This document shows, piece after piece, positions 21,746 through 31,354 of a DNA stretch of 64,000 bases. Position numbers and translations under genes: made by a program. Each line of letters starts with the position of its first letter. Positions within the stretch are counted from its first letter, which is position 1. Under the pieces are notes generated by a model. It was given only the letters and a program-made list of their open reading frames with translations. It made no database searches and was not told the origin of the DNA. The stretch is from assembly GCA_963169855.1 (NCBI GenBank), contig CAUJCN010000002.1:645608-709607 (forward strand). The letters run 5' to 3'. Source of the stretch: Patescibacteria group bacterium (GTDB lineage Bacteria; Patescibacteriota; Dojkabacteria; J137).

Positions 21746-22444
21746 ATGAATTATCAGCAAAACCAAAATGGAATGATGCCAATGCAACAGCAACAGGCGC
21801 CTAGCTTAAAAGCTAACAAAATGAACAGATCTATGGGCTTCGAGCAATTGATGCCTCTTATTTCTTTCGTGCTAATTGTAGGAATCTTTCTAATGACAGC
21901 TTACGCATTGTTCTTTAATGCAAGTGAATCTGTAACACAGAGAATCTTACGAAAGGCTAGCCAAGTTACAACTCTAAACAACAACGAAATGTTGGGTGCA
22001 GCAGTTGTTCAAATTGAAGATGTTGAATCACTAAAGTCAGAGAATGAAATTCAAAAAGAGATTTACAAAGACGTTCAGAATGGAGACTTTGCAGTAGTAT
22101 TATCAAACAGAATGATCATCTACCGAGAAGCTTCACACCAAAAGATTTACGAGGGAAATACTCCATCACAGGAGCTAAACTCAAGAAATCAAGCTCAATT
22201 AAATACAATTAGTGAAGCTGCAAAAACTGATGGAATCATTCCACAGGACTCAACATCAACTCCTCAAGTTCTTGTTGTAACAGATGTGGCTCAACTACAA
22301 TCTCAGAATCCAGAGTTCTATGCTAATGTTCAAGCTAACGACTTGTTAGTAATCTATGCTGCAGAGAGTAAGATCTTTGTATTTAGACCATCTACAAATC
22401 AAATTGTTCAAAAAGGTAACGTAACTACAAACATTACATTGTAG
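21746..22444 (+). CDS. bitopic membrane protein with two tandem copies of a small beta-rich module
   Basis: One TM; repeated pattern ..D...L......Y..VQ..D....(IY)R. Confidence 0.75.
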   Translation: MNYQQNQNGMMPMQQQQAPSLKANKMNRSMGFEQLMPLISFVLIVGIFLMTAYALFFNASESVTQRILRKASQVTTLNNNEMLGAAVVQIEDVESLKSENEIQKEIYKDVQNGDFAVVLSNRMIIYREASHQKIYEGNTPSQELNSRNQAQLNTISEAAKTDGIIPQDSTSTPQVLVVTDVAQLQSQNPEFYANVQANDLLVIYAAESKIFVFRPSTNQIVQKGNVTTNITL

Positions 22445-22460
22445 CTCCAAATTAACTTCT

Positions 22461-22497
22461 AAAACCCTGAATGGGAGCAGTCTCATTCAGGGTTTTT
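22461..22497 (+). terminator. intrinsic terminator
   Basis: AAAACCCTGAATG-ggagcagtct-CATTCAGGGTTTT. Confidence 0.8.
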
Positions 22498-22662
22498 ATT
22501 GACTTATACTTTTCTTTCTGTTTAAATAAAGTAGTTGGCAATAACTTGTACTTTGTGGCCATCTTAAAAAAGTTCTTGGAAAAATGAAACTCAAACTTTT
22601 TTTACATAATATTGACTTCAGTTTTCTTTTTTGTTTAACTGTAGGAGTACTAATAAAAAATA

Positions 22663-25600
22663 ATGCACATAAAACTATTTGTATCTAAAACCTTAAGAGT
22701 GAGAGCCCTTGTCATATTGGCAGTACTTGCATTTTTATTTGTACCTACAACAGTTTCAGCATCATCAAACACCCTAAACTTCCAAAGTAAGATAGTAAAC
22801 CTAGTAGATGGAACAAACATCGACACAGGAACCCCAGCTTGCGTAGTAGCAGGAAACGGAAACGATTCATGTGACTTTAGAGTAAACATCTTCGATGCAT
22901 CAAGTGGAGGAAATCTATTATTCAGCGAAGATCACACAGATACAGAAATTGGACACTACAACGGAATATTCAATCTAGAAATAAACAGCGTTTGTAACGT
23001 AGTAAGTGATACAGGAACAGATGGTAATTGGACTGATGCAGGAAATGGATGTATATCAAATGGAGGAGTAGACTTCTCAGCAACAGATCTATGGATAGAA
23101 ATAGAATTTGACCCAACAGGCACTTCAACATTTTCAGAAACATTTAGTAGAGTAGAAATCAGAGATGTAGCTTCTGCTAGATATGCTGTACACGCAAGTT
23201 ATATTGATGGGTACACTTCTGGAGACTTCGTATTCTTTAAACCAAATGCAGTACAAACAACAACAAGTACTAATACATTAATAAATTTAGAAACAACAGC
23301 AAATACAGCAAATCCTCTTTTAGTATTTAACGAGAATGGAGCGGGCACACCTGATTTATTAAGATTACAAAATACAGGTAACTCTGTATTCACAGTAGCA
23401 AACGATGGAAGAGTAGGAGTATTTGTAGCTCCAACAGCAGACACAGCATTAAGAATAGAGTCAGCATTACAATCAACATACAACGCAGGTAACTACGATC
23501 CTCTAACTGTTATTACAACAAATGATACGACAGGAGGAAGAACATATGGAGTAAGATCGGTAATTAATACAGGAGCAGCAAATGCACCCGGATCATTAAG
23601 AGCTTTAAGAGGAGAGATTCTATATTCATCAAGTGGATCATCAGCAGGATTTATGACGCCCGTAAGTGCATTTATGCATGTAACGGGAGGAACACTAACT
23701 GGAACAGCAGTGGGACTTTCAGGAACAACAAGAAACACAGCAGGTGTAGTAGGTACACTACAAAACATTAACTCATTCGCAGAAAACTTGATAGGAGGAA
23801 CAGTAGCAACACACCAAAATGGTTACTTCAATCATAGTAATGCTGGTACAGTGACTGGAAGAATGGCTAACCATTCTCTTTTTTCATCCAATACTAACAC
23901 TGTAGGCGAATTTTACTTAGGTACAGAAATCTTTCTATTAAATGGCCCCGCGGGGTTTGTTGATAGGGGTATGATCGGTATTGCAAGCAATGTTGGTAAT
24001 GAAGGAATAGTAGACGAAGACTTTTTAGGAATACAAAACCTTGTAACAAATTCTGTAGGCGGTACAGTTAATCAGACAATGTTTGGACTACGAACACAAG
24101 TAACGAATGACGGAACTATCTTAGGCGACCTAATTGGATACGATTATGCTTTATTTAATACTGGGACAGTAACAGGAAATACTTATGGATACAGAGGATC
24201 TGACCCATATTCAACAGTAATCTTAAATGACTTTACAAATTCACTTTCCATATCAGCATCTGGGGATGTAGCGTTAAATGGAGGAGTAATTTCAACAACA
24301 AATGCTGGTACACTGGATATGTTCGCAAGCAATGTAACTACCCTTAACTTCGGTAGAACTGGAGCAAACGGAACTCTTAACTTAATGGGAGGGGATTCGG
24401 ATACTGGTTGTACACTTAACGGAGTAACTGGAGACTTCTCTTGTACTGGTACGATTATTGGTAGCGTATCTGGAGCATTCTTTGAGGATGGTGGAAATTC
24501 ATTTGGAGGTACAGCAGTATTAGGTACAAACGATACTTTCAACCTAGAAATTGAAACTGATGGATCTACTGCAATTATCATCGATACAAATCAAGATGTA
24601 GATATACTACAAGCATTAACCGTAGGAGGAGATTTTTACTCTCAAGCATTTGCTGGATTTGGAATTAATCCAACTTCGACAGCATTCGCAACATTTGCGG
24701 GTGCCTCTGTTAACGAAGCATCTTTAAATATTGATAGTTCTTTTGGAACAGATGTGGCCGCACCAAATAGTGGAGACTTATGGTGGAACGGTACAGAGCT
24801 GTTCTTTTATGATGGAACTTCTAATGTAGACTTGTTAGGTGGAGGGGTTTGCGCAACTTGTTTTGAACAAGGTGGAAATAGTTTTGGAGCTGCTGCAGTT
24901 CTTGGAACAAATGATACCAATGCATTAAGTTTTGAAACAAACGGAGTTACAAGAGCTACCTTCGATACAGCAAATGGACTAAGCTTTGGAAATGGAATTG
25001 CAATTACTTCTGGAGCAGGTACAGCAATATCAGTTACTACTGGAACAACTGGAGCACTAACTCTGGATTCTGGAACAACAGGGGCTGTTAACCTAGGAAC
25101 TAATGCAAATGCTAAGACTATAACAATTGGAAATGTAACTGGAGCAACGGGAATTGTTCAAAGAGTCGGTACAGGAAACTTTTCACTAGATGGTGTGGGT
25201 GGTTCAACTTATTCAATAGGGGCATCGACAGTAGCAGGAACAATAACAGTAGGAGGAACAGCACAGACAGGAACTATGACACTTGGTTCATCCTCAGCAG
25301 CTAACATAATCAACTTGGGAACCGGAACTGGAGCAACAACAATTAACATAGGAAACAATAATGCTGGGGCTATAAATGTCGGAACATCTGCAAACGCGCA
25401 AACAATTACAATAGGAAGTACGAATACTTCTTCGACACTAATTCAAAGGGTTGGAACAGGAAATTTCAGTTTGGATGGAGTTGGAGGATCGACTTACACT
25501 GTAGGAGCATCAACAGTAGCTGGCACAATCACAATCGGTGGAACAGCACAAACAGGAACAATGACACTTGGTTCATCCTCAGCAGCTAACATAATCAACT

Positions 25601-27414
25601 TGGGAACAGGAACTGGGGCTACAACAATTAATATTGGGAATAATAACGCTGGGGCGATAAATGTCGGAACATCTGCAAACGCTAAGGCTATTAATATTGG
25701 AAACGCTACTGGTGCAACAAATTTAAATCTTGACGCTGGTACTGGAGGAGTAGCAATCAACACAGCAACAACAGGAACAATAGTAATACAAAGTGGAACA
25801 ACGGGAGCAGTAACATTTGACTCTGGAACAACAGGAGCAGTAAATATTGGAACTAACGCTAATGCAAAAACAGTTAGTATAGGTTCTGTGACAGGAGCAT
25901 CAGTACTTAACCTAAATGCAGGAACAGGTGGAATGTTTATAGCAGTAGCAGCAATGCCTGCAGCGGCAGCGGGAAATCTACCTGTTTGTTGGAATGCTGC
26001 TACAGGTTTGTTAAGAAGAGGAGGAAACCAAACACAATGTAATCCTTCTTCTGCACGGTACAAGCATAATATTGTAGATATTGGTTTGGGTATAGAAACA
26101 TTGAACCAAATTAGACCTGTGAGCTTTACATATAATAGTAATAATGAAAATTCTTACGGTTTCATAGCTGAAGAAATGGCAGTTATAAATGAATTATTTG
26201 TTACACGAGATGAAGAAGGTATTCCAGATTCTGTAGATGGCGACAAGCTATTACCTATAATTATTTATGGAATTCAGCAACTAGACGACAGAGTAATTCT
26301 AAATACTGCGGGAGTTCTATCATTAAACAACACTAGTTTGGCTCAAAACGGAAATAGTTTTGGTGCACCAGCAGTTGTAGGAACAAACGATAACAATACT
26401 TTGAGTTTCGAAACAAACGGAGTTACCAGAGCTACGTTTAATACTGCAAACGGATTAAGTTTTGCAAACGGAATAGCAATGACATCTGGAGCAGCAACAG
26501 CAATATCAATAACAACAGGAACGACCGGAGCATTAACATTAGATACGGGAACCACTGGCACAATTGATATAGGAACCAATGCTAACGCAAAGACCGTTAA
26601 CATAGGTAGTATTACAGGAGCTTCAGCACTCAACTTAAGAGCGGGAACAGGGGGAATTCTTATTCCTACTTCTGGGCTTGGAGCAGTCGTCACAGGAAAT
26701 AATGTACTTTGTAGAAACAACACTTCTACAAGACTTTTCATCGGTGCTAGCCAAACTGCATGTAACCCATCGTCGGCAAGGTACAAACACGATATTATTG
26801 ATATTAGCTTAGGAATCGATGCAGTAAGAGCGATGAGACCTGTGTCTTATACGTACAACGAAACCAATGAGCTAGCTCTGGGATTCATCGCAGAAGATAT
26901 GTTCTTGATAGATCCTCGGTTAGTGGTTCTAGATGAAGAAGGTTTACCAAATGCTATAGACACAGATAGAATTTTGCCGATTTTAACAAAAGGATTGCAA
27001 CAAGTAGACTTAACTGTAACTACATTGCAGACAACCGTCGCAAGCCTTCAAACAACAGTTACAGACAATTACAACGCATTAACAATTCAAGATGCTAATC
27101 TGATGAATCTATATACAGCACTCGAGGTAAGGGTTGCTGGACTGGAGAGTAGAGTGTTATCCTTGGAAAATGGAGCAGACTCAAGTGTTGTAGGTGAGGC
27201 GACAATTCTAACGGGAACAGACGAAATTGAAGTTACCTTTACATCTCCAATGACTAGTATCCCTGTGATTCAAGTCACTCCAATAGGTCAGAATTTTTTA
27301 TCGTTCACACATAGATTCGTTGTAACCGATAGAACAGTAAATGGATTCAAAATAAAACTGGATGGACTTTCTCCAGATGACTTCACTTTTGGCTGGGCTG
27401 CGAGGGCTCCATAA
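22663..27414 (+). CDS. giant secreted Gly/Thr/Asn-rich fibre/adhesin with two peptidase S74-like intramolecular chaperone domains
   Basis: Signal peptide; repetitive beta-strand sequence; two PSSARYKH...RPVS(F/Y)TY...GFIAE modules; C-terminal coiled coil. Confidence 0.85.
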   Translation: MHIKLFVSKTLRVRALVILAVLAFLFVPTTVSASSNTLNFQSKIVNLVDGTNIDTGTPACVVAGNGNDSCDFRVNIFDASSGGNLLFSEDHTDTEIGHYNGIFNLEINSVCNVVSDTGTDGNWTDAGNGCISNGGVDFSATDLWIEIEFDPTGTSTFSETFSRVEIRDVASARYAVHASYIDGYTSGDFVFFKPNAVQTTTSTNTLINLETTANTANPLLVFNENGAGTPDLLRLQNTGNSVFTVANDGRVGVFVAPTADTALRIESALQSTYNAGNYDPLTVITTNDTTGGRTYGVRSVINTGAANAPGSLRALRGEILYSSSGSSAGFMTPVSAFMHVTGGTLTGTAVGLSGTTRNTAGVVGTLQNINSFAENLIGGTVATHQNGYFNHSNAGTVTGRMANHSLFSSNTNTVGEFYLGTEIFLLNGPAGFVDRGMIGIASNVGNEGIVDEDFLGIQNLVTNSVGGTVNQTMFGLRTQVTNDGTILGDLIGYDYALFNTGTVTGNTYGYRGSDPYSTVILNDFTNSLSISASGDVALNGGVISTTNAGTLDMFASNVTTLNFGRTGANGTLNLMGGDSDTGCTLNGVTGDFSCTGTIIGSVSGAFFEDGGNSFGGTAVLGTNDTFNLEIETDGSTAIIIDTNQDVDILQALTVGGDFYSQAFAGFGINPTSTAFATFAGASVNEASLNIDSSFGTDVAAPNSGDLWWNGTELFFYDGTSNVDLLGGGVCATCFEQGGNSFGAAAVLGTNDTNALSFETNGVTRATFDTANGLSFGNGIAITSGAGTAISVTTGTTGALTLDSGTTGAVNLGTNANAKTITIGNVTGATGIVQRVGTGNFSLDGVGGSTYSIGASTVAGTITVGGTAQTGTMTLGSSSAANIINLGTGTGATTINIGNNNAGAINVGTSANAQTITIGSTNTSSTLIQRVGTGNFSLDGVGGSTYTVGASTVAGTITIGGTAQTGTMTLGSSSAANIINLGTGTGATTINIGNNNAGAINVGTSANAKAINIGNATGATNLNLDAGTGGVAINTATTGTIVIQSGTTGAVTFDSGTTGAVNIGTNANAKTVSIGSVTGASVLNLNAGTGGMFIAVAAMPAAAAGNLPVCWNAATGLLRRGGNQTQCNPSSARYKHNIVDIGLGIETLNQIRPVSFTYNSNNENSYGFIAEEMAVINELFVTRDEEGIPDSVDGDKLLPIIIYGIQQLDDRVILNTAGVLSLNNTSLAQNGNSFGAPAVVGTNDNNTLSFETNGVTRATFNTANGLSFANGIAMTSGAATAISITTGTTGALTLDTGTTGTIDIGTNANAKTVNIGSITGASALNLRAGTGGILIPTSGLGAVVTGNNVLCRNNTSTRLFIGASQTACNPSSARYKHDIIDISLGIDAVRAMRPVSYTYNETNELALGFIAEDMFLIDPRLVVLDEEGLPNAIDTDRILPILTKGLQQVDLTVTTLQTTVASLQTTVTDNYNALTIQDANLMNLYTALEVRVAGLESRVLSLENGADSSVVGEATILTGTDEIEVTFTSPMTSIPVIQVTPIGQNFLSFTHRFVVTDRTVNGFKIKLDGLSPDDFTFGWAARAP
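25157..25700 (+). repeat. intragenic tandem duplication, 285-bp (95-aa) period
   Basis: ATGACACTTGGTTCATCCTCAGCAGCTAACATAATCAACTTGGGAAC identical at 25276 and 25561; boundaries approximate. Confidence 0.9.
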
Positions 27415-27524
27415 TTGACAGTCAAATTCCCCGTTGCCCATAAGTATAGTAGACAAAGGTGGCGCTTGCGCTATTGTTGTCAAGTCCAGGTGACAGTGCT
27501 ATAATGGAAGAGTTACATTATTGA

Positions 27525-28847
27525 ATGAAAAACGAACAACTTTTCAATCAAGAAGCTCAAAGCTTAAGCATTTTATCTTTTTTTGAGAGATTGCTTAGCT
27601 CCTTTAATATCCCTGTAAAGAAAAATACTGTATTGCTTTATGTCCTTATGAGCATGATTATGGGGATGGTTGGAGTCGAGGATGACAGAAACAAAGCTGA
27701 TTTAGCACCTGCAAACTCACCAAGAGTTCCAGTATCAAATATAACTCCAGTTGTCGAAGGTGAATGTGTCGTATTAAAGAACGGTCAGAATGGGGTAAAT
27801 ATTAGAGTAGGCCCAGGGACTTCATTTAATATTCTTGGGCAAGCCTACGACGAAGACATTTATACCTACACAGGAAATGTTTCAGAGGATGGATGGTACG
27901 AAATTAACCTTCCAGACGGAACTTTAGGCTATATAACTGGCCAATTCACAGATCAATTATCTTGTGACGACTCAATTGAAAAAGTTGAATCTAGGAATCC
28001 TAATCTACATTATTTGTCTAAGACTGAGTTAGGCGGTGATCACGGAACTCTCACAGTGTTCGGACTAGAAAACTATGGTTTCAGTTTGCCTCCAGAAATC
28101 CTCTATGCAATATACAGTGTTATAAGAGATTCTGCACAAGAATACTTCGGTACGACAGTCAATATCCCAACAGCTATGGTATTTACAACACAGGACGAAA
28201 TCTTGAAGCTGGCACCTAACGGAAGGGCTGCCTTGCGAAGACAAGAAGAAATGACCGGTCAGGACACTTACCTTAGAGGAGTAAATGAAAAATTTTCTTT
28301 TGCTGGACACTTTCTTGCCCCTTACTCAACTATTGCAGGAGATGTCTACAATGGTGTGTTTATTTCTATAGATATGGTTCAAGATATGAGTGACTTAGTA
28401 CAGATTATTGCTCATGAAGATACACATGCTGTAGGTGGAAATATAACTGGTCACGAAGAAGTTTGGAATTCTCAAATGCGTAGATATGAATATGATTATT
28501 CAACTGATAATCTTGCAGTATACTTTGAAAGAATGGCTGGAGTAGGGTACATATCTGCATTAGATACTGATGGTTTAAATGAATGCAACTATACCCTAGA
28601 TCCGGATTTGTGTCTAAGATTCAAAGATGCTTTTATGGAAGTACTATACCCTCAGCAAGGGGATGTAGAAGAAGTTTTTGCCGTTGATATCGAAGCCTCA
28701 GGTGCAAATGTTTCTGTAAGTATACCTGTAGAACCCTATACTTTGACTACTGTTGATTCTGAAGGCAATGTAATTATTCTCTGGGATGGATTTAAGCAGG
28801 GAGATAGGTATTTCGACAAAGATATGAAACTAGTGGTAGAGAATTAG
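27525..28847 (+). CDS. SH3b domain + putative HExxH zinc metallopeptidase
   Basis: VNIRVGPGTSF..GWYEI..GYI (SH3b); IIAHEDTHA zincin motif; N-terminal hydrophobic anchor. Confidence 0.7.
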   Translation: MKNEQLFNQEAQSLSILSFFERLLSSFNIPVKKNTVLLYVLMSMIMGMVGVEDDRNKADLAPANSPRVPVSNITPVVEGECVVLKNGQNGVNIRVGPGTSFNILGQAYDEDIYTYTGNVSEDGWYEINLPDGTLGYITGQFTDQLSCDDSIEKVESRNPNLHYLSKTELGGDHGTLTVFGLENYGFSLPPEILYAIYSVIRDSAQEYFGTTVNIPTAMVFTTQDEILKLAPNGRAALRRQEEMTGQDTYLRGVNEKFSFAGHFLAPYSTIAGDVYNGVFISIDMVQDMSDLVQIIAHEDTHAVGGNITGHEEVWNSQMRRYEYDYSTDNLAVYFERMAGVGYISALDTDGLNECNYTLDPDLCLRFKDAFMEVLYPQQGDVEEVFAVDIEASGANVSVSIPVEPYTLTTVDSEGNVIILWDGFKQGDRYFDKDMKLVVEN

Positions 28848-28943
28848 CAAATTCTTTCAAAAAGGGTTCAAAAAACAATCGAACTTGAGGTATAATTCTT
28901 TGCTGATTCTCCTCAGCACTTACGTGCTTCGGAGAACATAGAT

Positions 28944-29018
28944 TCCTTGATAGCTCAATGGTGGAGCAGCCCGCTGTTAACGGGAAGGTTGCAGGTTCGA
29001 GTCCTGCTCGAGGAGCCA
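28944..29018 (+). tRNA. tRNA-Asn (GTT)
   Basis: Acceptor TCCTTGA/TCGAGGA, anticodon loop CT-GTT-AA, GGTTCGAGTCC, encoded CCA. Confidence 0.97.
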
Positions 29019-29109
29019 TGAAAAATCTTCAAACTTAAGTTCACAAAATCTAGAATATAATTTAATCTCAGGACGAGAAGCCTGTCTTCCGAAGCGAAGC
29101 GTAGGGAGA

Positions 29110-29135
29110 AGTCCTGCTCGAGGAGCCATGAAAAA
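29110..29135 (+). repeat. 26-bp direct repeat of the tRNA-Asn 3' end (att-like scar)
   Basis: AGTCCTGCTCGAGGAGCCATGAAAAA is identical to 29000..29025. Confidence 0.9.
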
Positions 29136-29246
29136 GAAAAATTAAAATCGAAAAGGCGAGAAGATGAAAATTTTTAAGATGTAGGATTAGAAAATCTCCA
29201 AGCAGTAACTACTATTCAACTCAAGACGAATTCCAAAGATGCAAAG

Positions 29247-29882
29247 TTATAAAGGATTTACGAAGGTTTCGTCAATTCTGAATACCCCTGGAGATTCTAT
29301 ATAGAATTGAAATCTGAGAGTACTTGTGTTTGCAGGCACAGACATGTTGGCAATATATTGCTCATAATTTGTACTAATATTGTCTAAATTTAGACTATAA
29401 GAATCTATCACGGTCTTCTTCTTGTTCATTGCATAAACTCTTAAGATACCTTTTCCTGTTCCTTCGGCAACTCTGATTTTAGCTCCAAACTCAATGTTAG
29501 AAATACTACCTTTAGTGATGTTTACATCCTGATAAATACTTTGTCCGGATTTGAATTTAGAGACATCGTTTTTATTTTGAACCTCTGCATAACAGTTACT
29601 ATCTGTAGATAGAGTAGGGAATCTGTTCACTTTGAATTGCGTAATGAAATTTTCATTGTAATCAATCTTAGACCAGTTTTCCTTGCGGCACTTCCAAAAG
29701 TCTGAATTCTTTAATAAATTTCTGTTTTTGACTAATTTGTACATGTAAATTCCCATGAAGTTAGGATCTGGATTCTCACGATTAAATGATAGGTAGTATT
29801 CATTGGTTTCCGGATCCTTATGGATACCCATATATCCAGGATTGCAAGGGGAGGATTTCCCACCCCAGCCAGCTTCAGGCAT
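29247..29882 (-). CDS. hypothetical protein with C-terminal carbohydrate-binding-like beta-sandwich, possibly a gene remnant
   Basis: NLLKNSDF...SIYQDV...LRFQFY...FRIDE pattern; no signal peptide. Confidence 0.5.
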   Translation of the reverse strand: MPEAGWGGKSSPCNPGYMGIHKDPETNEYYLSFNRENPDPNFMGIYMYKLVKNRNLLKNSDFWKCRKENWSKIDYNENFITQFKVNRFPTLSTDSNCYAEVQNKNDVSKFKSGQSIYQDVNITKGSISNIEFGAKIRVAEGTGKGILRVYAMNKKKTVIDSYSLNLDNISTNYEQYIANMSVPANTSTLRFQFYIESPGVFRIDETFVNPL

Positions 29883-29986
29883 TTTACTTGAGTAAACAAT
29901 AAGATTCTATCGGGCGATATTTTTCCGAACAGTTCAGAAACTTCTCTCTGAAATGAGAAAATGTTGAGCAGGGAAAGCGTCCGTCA

Positions 29987-30703
29987 TTAATTAAATCCTT
30001 TTAATTTATTAATTTCCTCGGGAGTTAATAGACGCCATTCACCTCGACTCAACCCTGCTACAGTTATGCCAGCAAACATACTGCGATCGAGTTTCTTGAC
30101 CTCATATCCAATTTCTTCGAACATTCTACGGACAATTCTGTTTTTCCCACTGTGGAGTTTGATCTCTATGATGTGGGGAGCGATATATGCAAGCCTGTCG
30201 GGTTGAATAAATCCATCTTCAAGTTCGACTCCAGATGCTAACCTGTCAAAATCCTTTCTAGTAATAGGTCTGTCTAAGGTTGCTGCGTATATTTTACTTT
30301 TCTCAAATTTCGGATGGGATAGTTTCTGATTTAAATCACCATCATTAGTCAAGATTATAGTTCCGGTAGTGTTCCAGTCTAATCTGCCGATAGGGTAGAT
30401 CTTTTCGCTTGTAGCTCCTGCAACTAAATCCATCACAGTTTGTCTGCCTTCTGGGTCTTCAGTCGAAGTAATAGTATTGGTAGGCTTGTTCAAAAGAATG
30501 TAAACCATTTCTTTTACAGTTGAGATTGGCTTTTCATCAACTGTAACTTTGTCTTTATCACTGACTTTGAATCCAGGTTCAAATATTTCTTTCCCATTTA
30601 CAGAAACTCTACCATCCTTAATAAATTCCACTGCATTTCGTCTGGAAGTTACTCCAGAGTGGGCTAAAAACTTATTTAAGGGCATTACATCAACTTCAGA
30701 CAT
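29987..30703 (-). CDS. rRNA pseudouridine synthase (RluB/RsuA family)
   Basis: S4 domain LNKFLAHSGVTSRR, LLNKP, catalytic GRLD, GKNRIVRRM. Confidence 0.93.
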   Translation of the reverse strand: MSEVDVMPLNKFLAHSGVTSRRNAVEFIKDGRVSVNGKEIFEPGFKVSDKDKVTVDEKPISTVKEMVYILLNKPTNTITSTEDPEGRQTVMDLVAGATSEKIYPIGRLDWNTTGTIILTNDGDLNQKLSHPKFEKSKIYAATLDRPITRKDFDRLASGVELEDGFIQPDRLAYIAPHIIEIKLHSGKNRIVRRMFEEIGYEVKKLDRSMFAGITVAGLSRGEWRLLTPEEINKLKGFN

Positions 30704-30779
30704 CGTATTTAATTATAACCTTATCTATAATACTATTTTACTATTGTGTAGTCATTACACAACTATGATAAAATTAGGT

Positions 30780-31298
30780 ATGAATGGAATAAAAATATTT
30801 ATATCGGCAAAAGAGAGTGATCTTTTTTCAAAAATTGTAAAGGAAAAAGATTTTACAGTTCTTAAGCCATTTAAAGATTCTGTCGAAAGAACTATTGCTC
30901 AAATAGAAGAGAGTGATGCTTTGATTTTTGATTATTCTGAAGATGTTGTAGATAGTTTGCTCCAGATTATTAAAGGTGTTGAATTGAAAAGGCAAATTCT
31001 AATTCTGATCCCCGAAAGTAACGCGAAAGGGGTTAATCCTTTTCTAAAGAATCTTGATAAGAAATTAGTAGAGATAAAACTTTATTCTGAAGAAAATCTA
31101 AAATCTCAGATCTCAAAATATATAAAAGATCTTGCTGAAAAATTAGGTTTGCAAAGGTACAATGTTGTCCTCGGACATAAGCATAAGAAGTATCTTGACT
31201 GGGCATCTCAAATTCACGGCAGCAGTCGTTCCGAAATTATAAGATATGCGTTGGATTATTTAATTTCTGCAGATCAAGGCTATAAAGCTGAGGAGTAG
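30780..31298 (+). CDS. nucleoside 2-deoxyribosyltransferase-like fold + C-terminal ribbon-helix-helix
   Basis: IEESDALIFDYS..QI..G...KRQILIL; C-terminal RYNVVL..HKKYLDWAS..SRSEIIRYAL; ATG at 30780 follows a -10 box. Confidence 0.7.
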   Translation: MNGIKIFISAKESDLFSKIVKEKDFTVLKPFKDSVERTIAQIEESDALIFDYSEDVVDSLLQIIKGVELKRQILILIPESNAKGVNPFLKNLDKKLVEIKLYSEENLKSQISKYIKDLAEKLGLQRYNVVLGHKHKKYLDWASQIHGSSRSEIIRYALDYLISADQGYKAEE

Positions 31299-31354
31299 GT
31301 CGTTTTTACACTCTAACTTGCTCAAAAATTCCCAGTGGTGATAGACTTAATTCT

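Noticed and set aside
22663-27414. Prophage tail gene or DGR target
   Set aside because: Has a signal peptide; no capsid, terminase or reverse transcriptase nearby; repeat differences are not adenine-specific.
28792-29019. 75-aa minus-strand ORF MAPRAGLEPAT...
   Set aside because: It is the antisense translation of tRNA-Asn.
29987-30703. Horizontal origin of the pseudouridine synthase from Bacteroidota
   Set aside because: Only an impression from motif style (HSGKNRIVRR); cannot be supported without a phylogeny.
30549-30779. N-terminal extension of the 249-aa ORF
   Set aside because: Overlaps the pseudouridine synthase on the opposite strand; ATG at 30780 follows a -10 box and matches the paralogue length.
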